Below, piece by piece: positions 31,001-40,821 of a stretch of 64,000 bases of DNA. Origin of the DNA: Pirellulales bacterium (GTDB taxonomy: Bacteria > Planctomycetota > Planctomycetia > Pirellulales > PALSA-1355); contig CAVTBU010000005.1 of assembly GCA_963733035.1 (NCBI GenBank), positions 1,952,001 through 2,016,000 on the forward strand. The letters run 5' to 3'. Both the position numbers and the translations under genes were made by a program. Every line of letters begins with the position of its first letter. Within the stretch, counting starts at the first letter, position 1. The notes beneath the pieces are model-generated. The model ran no database searches. It worked only from the letters and a program-made list of their open reading frames with translations, and had not been told where the DNA came from.

Positions 31001-32362
31001 TTGAATCCCGTTGCGGAAGAAGCACCCCACCCGGCACCATCCGAACAGGGACCGCCGCCGTTGCGATTGGTGCGAGTTTGCGGCCCGCGGTATTCGCGCG
31101 CTGACTTACGAAGAATCGTGGGCGAAGGATCCGCTCACGCGATCATGGTCGGCGTGGGCGAAAGTTATCTGCCCGCGTTTGTACTGGCGATGGGCATGGG
31201 GCAGGTTGCGGCCGGTCTGATTACCACGATCCCCCTATTGGCCGGCGCGGTGCTGCAACTCATCTCGCCCGCGGCCGTGCGTTTTTTCGGTTCACATCGA
31301 CGATGGGTAGTGACTTGTGCGGCGGTGCAAGCTGGCAGTTTTGTGCCGCTGGCGATCGCCGCCTGGTACGGCCATCTGCCTGTGCTGGCAATGTTCGCGC
31401 TGGCCGCGATCTATTGGGGAGCCGGGCTCGGTACGTCCACGTCATGGAGTACCTGGGTCGAGAAGCTCATCCCACGGAATCTGCGCACGCAGTTCTTTTC
31501 ACGGCGAACGCGTCTGAACCAAATCGCGACACTGAGCGGGTTCGTGCTCGGTGGGTTTGGTCTGCAGTGGGGGGCCGCGCACGGGTGCGCGCTAACTCTA
31601 TTTGCCGTCCTGTTCGTGCTGGCGGCCGTGTCTCGGACGACGTCGACGGTCCTGCTGGCCAACCAAAGCGAACCGGAACCGATTCCCAATGGTCATCGCT
31701 CGGTTCCGATGCGGGAGTTCTTTCACCGCTTTCGCCAGTCGGGCGATGGAAGACTGCTGGTGTATCTGCTGAGCGTCCAGGCCGCGGCCCAAATTGCCGG
31801 CCCTTACTTCACCCCATTTATGATCCGCTCGCTGAAGTTTTCGTATGTCTCCTACGTGACTCTCATCGCCATTTCCTTTGCGGCCAAGGCAATCACGCTT
31901 CCGGCCATCGGCGCGTTGGCGCGGCGGCACGGCACCAGGAAGCTGCTATGGTTGGGCGGCATCGGTATCGTGCCCATCTCGGGCTTGTGGCTGGTCTCGA
32001 ATTCCTTTGCGTTCTTGTGCGTCGTGCAGTTGTTGGCTGGCATCGCCTGGGGTGCCTATGAGCTGGCGATGTTCTTACTATTCTTCGAGACGATTCGTCC
32101 GCACGAGCGGACCGGCATGCTCACGAACTTTAACTTCGCGCATTCGCTTGCCACGGCCATCGGATCGCTATTCGGCGGGGCGCTGCTATGGGGCCTGGGG
32201 AAGAACGCCGAAACCTATCTATTGCTGTTCGCCATCTCGTCGGTCGCCCGAGCGATGAGCCTGGTGCTCTTGTGGCGAGTGCCGACCGCTTCGTGCGCGG
32301 AACTGTTGCCGACGGCCGCCGCGAACGTCACGGTGCGACCGGTGCCCAGCCGCGCCGCCTAG
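31001..32362 (+). CDS. MFS transporter
   Basis: About 12 hydrophobic segments; TTG start with GGAG RBS and TATAAT near 30923. The 5' part of ORF 30131 is a shadow of the Tm-1 gene. Confidence 0.85.
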   Translation: MNPVAEEAPHPAPSEQGPPPLRLVRVCGPRYSRADLRRIVGEGSAHAIMVGVGESYLPAFVLAMGMGQVAAGLITTIPLLAGAVLQLISPAAVRFFGSHRRWVVTCAAVQAGSFVPLAIAAWYGHLPVLAMFALAAIYWGAGLGTSTSWSTWVEKLIPRNLRTQFFSRRTRLNQIATLSGFVLGGFGLQWGAAHGCALTLFAVLFVLAAVSRTTSTVLLANQSEPEPIPNGHRSVPMREFFHRFRQSGDGRLLVYLLSVQAAAQIAGPYFTPFMIRSLKFSYVSYVTLIAISFAAKAITLPAIGALARRHGTRKLLWLGGIGIVPISGLWLVSNSFAFLCVVQLLAGIAWGAYELAMFLLFFETIRPHERTGMLTNFNFAHSLATAIGSLFGGALLWGLGKNAETYLLLFAISSVARAMSLVLLWRVPTASCAELLPTAAANVTVRPVPSRAA

Positions 32363-32369
32363 CCAAGTG

Positions 32370-32813
32370 CTAGAGTGCCAAGCGGTCCATCAGTTCCGGG
32401 ACAATGGTCGTGCAGCGAACGATTTCCGACCTCGTTTCGTCAAGCGCTTGTCGCGCACCGGACAGGTCGTTCTGCCGGACAGCGTTTTCCAACGCCTCGG
32501 CCCGCGAACGCAGGCACGCCGCCGAGAGGTTTGCAGCCACGCCTTGCAGAGTATGCGCCTCGCGGGCGAGTTCCTGCATGTTGCCCGCTTCGAGTGCCCG
32601 CTCCATCGCTGCCAATTGGTCCGCCGAGCGGTTGACGAATTTGTGCAGAATCATGCCACAAAAGGTCGCGTCGTCCAGACACCTTTGCAACAGGTCTAGC
32701 AGGTCGATGACCGACTCTTCGCCGGCGACAGAGTTACGCGTGGCGGGTGGAGTTCCAAGGTTGAATTGGTCGCACACCGAGTCCTGCCGCGAAACCACGG
32801 TTCTGCTATTCAT
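32370..32813 (-). CDS. Stand-alone Hpt (histidine phosphotransfer) domain protein
   Basis: LAREAHTLQGVAANLSA Hpt motif in a helical bundle; start approximate. Confidence 0.85.
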   Translation of the reverse strand: MNSRTVVSRQDSVCDQFNLGTPPATRNSVAGEESVIDLLDLLQRCLDDATFCGMILHKFVNRSADQLAAMERALEAGNMQELAREAHTLQGVAANLSAACLRSRAEALENAVRQNDLSGARQALDETRSEIVRCTTIVPELMDRLAL

Positions 32814-33062
32814 CCTGATTCTTTCACTAGGAAGTTGCGCACTGACGATCGCGGCTTCCGGCCGTTTCGCGCCACGCACGTGCCGTTCCAATGTGAAAAC
32901 GTACCACCCCCGGAGTTGCAGTCGCACGGCTTCGAGCGATTCTGCGGGGAATGCCGCGCGGATGTGAATAAATCGCTTGCAGGACATGCGGCTTTCGCCG
33001 CCCGCAGCGAACGGATAAACTGAGTAAATTGCGATCCCATGCTGTTTTGACGCCACATCGCC

Positions 33063-33809
33063 ATGTCTTCGTCCGGCACCTGGTCTGAAGTCGAACTTTC
33101 GGGCCACGCTTGTGAATTCTACGACCCCCCCGAGCGCAATCCACACGGCTACGTCGTCATCTATCTGCACGGCGTGCATTTGAATCGCCTGTGTGACAAG
33201 CCGGCCTTCCTGCGCGAGTTCGATCGACACGGGCTACGCGTCGTCTGCCCGCGCACGGCACGAAGTTGGTGGTCGGACCGCATCTGTGAGGAGTTTGATC
33301 CCCAAATCACGGCCGAGCGGTACTTGACGGATCATGTGCTTGGGTGGATTCGGGACAACTGGCAGGTCGAACCACCGCGCGTGGCGCTGTTGGGAACCAG
33401 CATGGGCGGCCAGGGCGCGCTGCGGATCTCGTTCAAACACCCACAAACGTTTCCGGTGTTAGCGGCCATCTCACCGGCCATCGACTACCATACCCGCATG
33501 GACGAAGGCGACGAGACGTTGCCGGGCATGTATGCCGACAAGGAGGAGGCTCGGCAGGACACGGCCACACTGCACATTCACCCGCTCAATTGGCCCCGGC
33601 ATATGTATTTCGCCTGCGATCCGGCGGACGTCCGTTGGCACGAAAGTGCCGATCGGCTGCGAATGAAGCTGGCGGCACTGGGTGTCCCCTTCGAGGCGGA
33701 CTTGGAAACGAGCGGCGGCGGCCATGGCTTCGAGTACTACAGCCGCATGGCGAAGCCTGCGATTGAGTTCATCGTAAGTCGTCTGGATGGCGAGCGTTTG
33801 CGGGTCTGA
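33063..33809 (+). CDS. Alpha/beta hydrolase (esterase family)
   Basis: YLHG, GTSMGG nucleophile elbow, GGH catalytic His. Confidence 0.88.
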   Translation: MSSSGTWSEVELSGHACEFYDPPERNPHGYVVIYLHGVHLNRLCDKPAFLREFDRHGLRVVCPRTARSWWSDRICEEFDPQITAERYLTDHVLGWIRDNWQVEPPRVALLGTSMGGQGALRISFKHPQTFPVLAAISPAIDYHTRMDEGDETLPGMYADKEEARQDTATLHIHPLNWPRHMYFACDPADVRWHESADRLRMKLAALGVPFEADLETSGGGHGFEYYSRMAKPAIEFIVSRLDGERLRV

Positions 33810-33932
33810 CCTGGCACCGCGCGGCACGGTCGTCCGCCGATTCGCCGTTGATGACGTGGTCGATTCGGCCGCCCAGAGAGAACATGCTGGGCGATCGGCT
33901 GCGGTCTGGAGCAGCGATTGCGCTCGGCGGAG

Positions 33933-36778
33933 CTAACCCCTATGGCGCAAGCGAGCGTCAAGAAGCAGATTGAGCAGTTCGTGATCAATCGCCCCTTCCG
34001 CATCCCAGCCGTCGTGCCCGTGGTGGTCGTTTGCCGCGGACTTGATTGCCAGCGCGAAGGCCAGGTCGTGTTCGAATGGGCGGCGGGCGCTTGTGGCCGA
34101 TGGAGTCGCCACAAGCGAAGTGGCGGCGGGGTCGGATGGCGCGACAGAATCACCCGAGGTATTGTCAGTCGAACTGGCGGGTTGCGCCGCGGCGCGGCCG
34201 GCGTGGAAAGATCGATTCGCGTCAGAAATCCGCTATTGGTGCGGGCGATGATCTGATCACTCGCATTGACCAAACCGTTGCGATCGAAGTCGTAGCTGTT
34301 GGACAGTCCGACGCCGAAACCGGGGTTCTGACGAACCGTGATTTCGTCGGCGGCATTGGTAGTGAAAAGCGTTGGCGCCGAATTCACGCCCGTGTCTCCG
34401 ACGAGATTGCCGAAGTAAAATATGTCGGCGGTGGGCAAGCCTGTGTTCGCCGTGGCCATGAGCGTGACTTCAAGCCATTCGTCCTCAATCGCGCCGTCGG
34501 CCCACGTGATTTCGATACGGTCTCCGCCATTCGCTCCAGCACCGGCCCGCACGGACACGGCAAGAGGCGAGGGTGCGGCCGACCACGTTTCAGGTGAGTT
34601 GTTGCTGCCCACGCGGAACGTGAAATCGTTGGCGGTAATTGCGGCGTGTGAGCCCGTGATGTCGACCATCACTCCATTCAGGCCGCGCAGGTAGCTGGAA
34701 ACATTGGAGAACGAAGCAATCCCGCTACCAGCCAGGTAGGCCGTCTTGTCCGGCGCGATGGCCCCATCGTCGGCGGCATTGATTGCAACGTTGCTGCCGT
34801 CGAAGGTCGAATTGTTGTAGAACAGCATTCGCCCCAGCACACCGGCGGTCACGGTAAACGATTCCGCCGCGTTGCCCGCCACATTTCCTGCTGCATCGAT
34901 TACCGGATCGGTGGCACTGGTGAGAACCAGTTGGTAGACGCCCGACAGCGCGGTAATCCCACTCAAGTTGTTGAGCGACCAGTTCATGCCATCGACGGTC
35001 GTGATCGTTTGCGTGCCGGAGAGAAGATTCGCCCCTGCGTCGCGCGTCAGCGACAGCGCTGCGAGATTCAATCCGCTGACCACCTCGTTGAATTGAAGGG
35101 ACACCGACGAGACCGGTGTCGTGCGCGGGTCGGGGGTGACGGCCACGAAGGTGGCTACGGGCGCCGTGGTATCCACGGTAACTGGCAGCGCCGACGTGGC
35201 GTCGGAGAGTCCCTTGCTCGGCTCAACCTGCCGTGCGGTGATGTTGTGCAACCCGTCGGTGAGTGTGTAGGAGCCGCTGGTTGTCACGACGGTCGTAGCG
35301 CCCCCTGCCACCGCCGTTCCGATGAGCGTGCCATCGGCATACACGTTGACGGTGGCTCCAGCGATCGTGCCAGTCACGGTGAACTGCAGCGTCGAGCCAC
35401 CGCTACTGTTGTTGAGCCGGGTCAGATCATCCGAATTGGAAATGCCCGTATCGCTGGCAGCCACGAGGTCTACCGCGGCAGGCGCCGTACTCGCGTCGAC
35501 GAGACTCGCCACGATCAGCGCGCCCTTGGGCGATCCACGGCCGGTGACGGCATCGAAACCGACGCCCGCCGACTGCGGAATCGAGCCGCCGCTGGTTCCG
35601 CTGGTGATATCGTTGAAGTTGCTGGCGGGCATCGAATACAGCTTCGTCATCAGCGAGGTGGTGTCGAACACTGGTAGGCCGACCAGCGTGCGACCTTGGT
35701 TCGCGATGGCAACTAGGGCCGCCCAGGCGGGCGCGGAAAAACTCGTGCCGCCCACTTTGCTCCAGGGCTTATTGGAGGCATTGTTGAACGTATCGTAGAT
35801 TGGTACGCCGGTGCTCGGATTCGCGTCGAAGGCGACGTCAGGCATGACACGCTTGGTCGCACTTTGATTGGCCACGCCGTTCTGCCAGCTTGGTTTCGCT
35901 TCGTACTGGCTGATGCCCCCGCCGCTGCTATGCGTGCCGTCGTTCCAGACCGTCTCATTTAGAATGTTGTTCGAACCATCGAGCGACAGGGTGGTGCCGC
36001 CTACCGCGGTCACGTTGGGTGAGTAAGCTGGGTAGACACCTGGGCCGCCGCTATCGCCGGCCGCACCGAAAAAAGTGACGCCGGTGTGCCCTACGGGCGT
36101 CGTAAAATAGTGGTCGTAGCTGGTCTCTCCGAAGAATTCACTAACACCCCAACTCATTGTGATAACCGACACCGCCGGGACGTTCCGCGCATAGTCAACT
36201 GCGGCGGTCAGGTCCGAAAAGTTGGCACTGTTGGCCTCTACCAACAAAATGCTCGCGCCCGGAGCCAACGCGTGCGCCCACTCCACGTCAAGCGCTGTTT
36301 CGGTGGCCCAACTGCCATTCGTCCCCGTATAGTTCGTCCCGCCATTTTGATCGACTTGCGTGAAGCTGGGAGGAGCGGATAGACCAAAGTAGGCGTCGAA
36401 CGAGGCCAAGTCGGACGCGATATTGGGGTCGTGATACGCGTCAATGATGGCAATCGTTTGCCCGGTGCCATCGCCTTGAATGGTGCCGCCATCGAACGAT
36501 ATCTGGTCGAAACCATAGGCATGCCGAATTTGCGTTGGTGTAAAACCACCCGGTGACGCAGTCCCGACTAACGGTTCGACTGTATCCACCAGCGATAACG
36601 GTGCAGCGACTGGCATCGTCTCGGTCGTCGACCACAGCGCATCCAACGACGAATTGAGCGCGTCGCTGGTCAGCAATCGCCGCTCTTCGAGCGCTTCGCA
36701 GCCCAGATGTCCGTCGCGCAGACGGCGATCATGCTGCCGAGACCTCGTACCGCGACCTTTTTTGTGGGCTAAATTCAT
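33933..36778 (-). CDS. Secreted S53 (sedolisin/kumamolisin-like) peptidase with planctomycete extracellular motif, Ig-like domains and dockerin-like C-terminus; frameshift near 34190
   Basis: CEALEERRLL motif; ETALDVEW, GDSG, PDVA, GGTSFSAP and GFDAVTGRGSP; SDTGISNSDDLT Ig-like; DFDRNGLVNASD. Confidence 0.88.
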
Positions 36779-37177
36779 TCCTGGCGCGCCTACCGAGCCC
36801 ATGCGAGATTTGTCGTGAGCAGAGCCTGTTCCGGATCCGAATGGCCCGGTGGCGCGGGAGATTTCGAGCCAGGCCACAGCTCTAGGATAATGAGCGGCGC
36901 CGCCAATTTGCAAGGATTCTCCGTGCAAAAATCAACTTTCACGATGGCGGCGGGGCCTCATGACCCTCGCAGACCAGCCAAATAGTCGCCGCCAGTCCCC
37001 ACGCCCCGGTAGTTCGAGTTCGTCGCCACCAGTGCCAACTATTCCCACTTGGCGTTTCGGGAGGATACCCGAATTCCTGGCATCTTCCCCACGAAAGGGG
37101 TGCCAAGACGCCGGCAATTTGGCAAATTGGTCGGCACGAGCCGCTGCCTCTGGCGCACAGCGGGTAAGCGGCATTTA

Positions 37178-37206
37178 TTGACAACCCATTGGAGCGTCGT
37201 TAGTCT
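37178..37206 (+). promoter_or_regulatory. Sigma70-type promoter for the type IV filament locus
   Basis: TTGACA, 17 nt, TAGTCT; implies a ~270-nt leader before pilB. Confidence 0.6.
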
Positions 37207-37480
37207 CAAATTAGAACAGAGTTACCACTTTTCTTGCGCATCTGTAAGTCTCGCGCCGCGCTACCGAGTTTTCGCCGGGGGGGGCCGCGTCGCCTGTGGT
37301 CCGAAGGAAGTCGCGTCCGTGGCCCGTCGGGAATCCGGCCAATCGCGTCAAGCCCAGCGGATTGCCGTCGCGACGAACTTGGGAATGCACATCCATTGGG
37401 TAACGGTGCGGCATTGGCTAGTTACCCGCGACGGACCGGGAATCAACAAGTAGGCATTTGCTTCAACATACGGATTCGAC

Positions 37481-39196
37481 ATGGCAGCCAAGAAACTGGA
37501 TTTTGCTGAAATCCTCATCCGCCAGGGTGTTATCTCCGCCGAGCAATTGGCTGAAGCCAAACGTGTCGCCAGAACGTCCGGCAAGAAAGTGCCGGATCAA
37601 CTCGTCGTACTGGGGTATGCCACCGATGACGAAGTGATGCGTGCGATCGCCAAGGAACATGGCCTCGATTTCATCGATCTGAACGAAGTCATGATTCCGC
37701 CGTCGATCGTGGAACTGGTGCCCGAGTCGGTGGCCCGCGAAAACGCGATCTTGCCGATGGCAGAGGAAGATGGCGGACTGAAGGTGATCGTTAGCGATCC
37801 GTTTGATCTGGAAACGTTCGATAAGTTGCGGTTCATTTTGAACCGCAAAGTTGATATCGCGCTTGCGCCGCGGTCCAACATCCTGGAGGCCATCAACCGT
37901 CATTATGGCCAGATGGAGGACCAGAGCGCCGACTCGATGCTCCAGGAATTCACCGATACGGCCATCGATTTCACCGAAACCGAACAGGAAACGACTGGCG
38001 GCTCCGATGAAGTCATCGACGAGAGCAGCGCTCCAATCGTCCGGTTGGTCCAGTTGCTGATCAGCGAGGCGGTGCAACTGCGAGCCTCGGACATCCACGT
38101 CGAACCGTTCGAGGATCGTGTCCGCATCCGCTACCGTATCGACGGCGTGCTGGTCGAGCGCGACAGCCCACCACGCCGCCTGCTCGGCGCACTTCTTTCG
38201 CGCGTGAAGATTCTGGCCAATATCGATATTGCCGAACGGCGACGCCCCCAGGACGGGCGGATCAAGGTGACCCTGGGCGAAAAACAGCTCGACCTGCGAG
38301 TCAGCATCCTGCCGACCAACCATGGTCAGTCGGCGGTCATGCGGGTGCTCGACAAAGACAGCATCCGGGTGGGCGTCAGGCAGTTGGGCCTGTCGGAGAA
38401 CGATTTTCGGCAGTTCAAAAACTTGATCCGGCGACCCAACGGCATCATTCTCGTGACCGGCCCGACCGGCTCGGGCAAGACGACCACGCTGTATGCCGCA
38501 CTTAACGAGCTAAACCGGCCGGACCGGAAAATCATCACGGCCGAAGACCCGGTCGAGTACTACCTGCCGGGAATCAACCAAGTGGAGGTAAGGCACAACA
38601 TCGGGCTGGATTTCGCCAAGATCATTCGGGCCATGTTACGGCAGGCTCCAAACGTTATCCTGGTGGGAGAGATGCGCGACCAAGAGACTGCTCAGATGGG
38701 GATTCAAGCCTCTTTAACTGGACACTTGGTTTTCAGTACACTTCACACGAACAATGCGCCCGGCGCTATTACAAGAATGACCGACATGGGCGTACCTGGG
38801 TATCTGGTTGCCAGTTCCGTAATGGCCGTTTTGGCGCAGCGATTGGTCCGCGTAGTCTGCTCGAAATGCAAACAACCTTTCACGCCCAGCGACGCACAAC
38901 TGGACGCGGCAGGCATCACCCCGGAGATGGCCTCCACGGCCAAATTCATGAAAGGAAAGGGCTGCGGAAATTGCTCGAAATCGGGTTATCGGGGACGTAT
39001 GGGTATCTTCGAATTGATGATGATGACCAACAAGGTCCGCGAAATGGCATTCGCCGGCGCTCCCACTCAGGAGCTGCGCCGCGTCGCTATTTCTCAAGGC
39101 ATGGTACCACTTTACAGCGATGGCATCCGTAAAGTCATGGCCGGCACGACGACGATTGAGGAGGTCTTCCGCGTGTCCAAGCGGGAGGAGGGGTGA
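37481..39196 (+). CDS. pilB: Type IV pilus/T2SS extension ATPase (PilB/GspE), copy 1
   Basis: ASDIHVEP, DIAERRRPQDGR, GPTGSGKTTT, EDPVE, GEMRD, TLHTN and CxxC...CxxC. Confidence 0.93.
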   Translation: MAAKKLDFAEILIRQGVISAEQLAEAKRVARTSGKKVPDQLVVLGYATDDEVMRAIAKEHGLDFIDLNEVMIPPSIVELVPESVARENAILPMAEEDGGLKVIVSDPFDLETFDKLRFILNRKVDIALAPRSNILEAINRHYGQMEDQSADSMLQEFTDTAIDFTETEQETTGGSDEVIDESSAPIVRLVQLLISEAVQLRASDIHVEPFEDRVRIRYRIDGVLVERDSPPRRLLGALLSRVKILANIDIAERRRPQDGRIKVTLGEKQLDLRVSILPTNHGQSAVMRVLDKDSIRVGVRQLGLSENDFRQFKNLIRRPNGIILVTGPTGSGKTTTLYAALNELNRPDRKIITAEDPVEYYLPGINQVEVRHNIGLDFAKIIRAMLRQAPNVILVGEMRDQETAQMGIQASLTGHLVFSTLHTNNAPGAITRMTDMGVPGYLVASSVMAVLAQRLVRVVCSKCKQPFTPSDAQLDAAGITPEMASTAKFMKGKGCGNCSKSGYRGRMGIFELMMMTNKVREMAFAGAPTQELRRVAISQGMVPLYSDGIRKVMAGTTTIEEVFRVSKREEG

Positions 39197-39607
39197 GAGA
39201 TCGCCTCGCAGCGGTTACTAAGGTCACATTGGCAATTAACAACGACGCCCGGCGGGCGGCCGCTGGGAAATCAAACGAACGAAATTGGGTGGAGTTTTTC
39301 GCGCGGAAAGAGGGAGCCAACCACGACCGCAACCAGACTAATAGGGGGAACACCGTCCTTTCCTATTTCCCCCGGCTGGCGGCGCCAAGCCTTGGCGTAT
39401 CGCGGCGGGGGTCCGAATAATCACTTGGCCATTCGGGCTACCCCGTTTTCTGTGGGGGCCTCAAACGGAACAGTGTGCCTTCGGCCGGTCTGGTCTGTAG
39501 CGAAATTTTCTGACGGCGGCGCGACAACATCGCCTGCCGCCCTGAAACCGTGGAGGCATCCTTAACCGCGTCGGAAGTTCAAACGACCGGCGACAGAGGA
39601 TTTAGAA

Positions 39608-40738
39608 GTGGCTACGGAAACGGTACTCATCGACAAGCTCTTGCATGCCGTCGTGCGGCAGGGCGCTAGCGATCTTCACATTACCGTCGGGCAGCCGCCG
39701 GTGATTCGGCACGACGGTCACATGGTCAAGCTCAAGACCAAGGTGCTCGAGCCGGCCGACACACAGTCGCTGATGAAGAGTATCACGCCCGACCGCTGCC
39801 AGCAGGAACTTCAGGCGGTGGGCGGGTCGGACTTCGGCTTCGCGTTTGGCGATTTGGCCCGTTTTCGCGTGTCGATTTTCAAGCAGCGCGGCAATGTCGC
39901 CATGGTGCTGCGGCAGATTCCCAACAAGCTGCTCACGATGGAGCAGCTGGGACTGCCAGCGGCTTGCGAACGGTTGATTCAACGGCCTCGAGGGCTGTTT
40001 CTGGTCACCGGTCCAACCGGTTCCGGCAAGAGCACCTCGCTGGCCAGCATGATCAACTATCTGAACGAGAACTTCGATCATCACATCATCACGATCGAAG
40101 ACCCCATCGAGTTCTATCATCCAAATAAGAAGTCGACGGTCAACCAACGAGAGATCGGGGTCGACGTACCCAGTTTCTCGGAAGCACTGCGGCGCGCGTT
40201 GCGGCAGGATCCGGACATTATCCTGGTGGGCGAGCTGCGAGACTTGCCCACCATCGAAGCGGCGATCAGCGCCGCCGAGACGGGGCACGTCGTGTTTGGA
40301 ACGCTGCACACCACGGGCGCCCAGGGCACGGTCAACCGCATCATCGACGTGTTCCCCACGACCCAGCAGGACCAGATTCGCACGCAGCTTTCCACATCGA
40401 TCATCGGCGTGCTCTCGCAGACGCTCATCCCTCGAATTGGCGGCGGGCGCTGCGCCGCTCACGAGCTGCTGGTATGCAATTCGGCCATCGGCAACCTGAT
40501 TCGCGAGAATAAGACCTTCCGCATCACCTCGGCCATTCAAACGGGCGCCAAGCAGGGCATGATCCTGCTCGACGACGCGCTGTTTCGGCTGTGGAAAGAA
40601 CAGAAGTGCACGAAACAAGACTTGCTGGCCAAGGCCGCCTCGCCCGATGAATTGGCCGCCCGCATCGCCAATGCCGAGCGGGGCATGTTCGACGAGGAAG
40701 ACGGGGAGAAGGGAGACGGAGAGGGCAAGAAGAAATAG
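39608..40738 (+). CDS. pilT: Type IV pilus retraction ATPase
   Basis: GASDLH, RFRVS, GPTGSGKST, EDPIE, LRQDPD, GELRD, TLHT and AIGNLIRE (AIRNLIRE variant). Confidence 0.95.
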   Translation: MATETVLIDKLLHAVVRQGASDLHITVGQPPVIRHDGHMVKLKTKVLEPADTQSLMKSITPDRCQQELQAVGGSDFGFAFGDLARFRVSIFKQRGNVAMVLRQIPNKLLTMEQLGLPAACERLIQRPRGLFLVTGPTGSGKSTSLASMINYLNENFDHHIITIEDPIEFYHPNKKSTVNQREIGVDVPSFSEALRRALRQDPDIILVGELRDLPTIEAAISAAETGHVVFGTLHTTGAQGTVNRIIDVFPTTQQDQIRTQLSTSIIGVLSQTLIPRIGGGRCAAHELLVCNSAIGNLIRENKTFRITSAIQTGAKQGMILLDDALFRLWKEQKCTKQDLLAKAASPDELAARIANAERGMFDEEDGEKGDGEGKKK

Positions 40739-40821
40739 TCGGTATTCACGACCCGCGCGGCACGGCAACAAATCACGATACACAGCACCGCATAGCAACA
40801 ACTCAATAGGCGTGACTTTCC

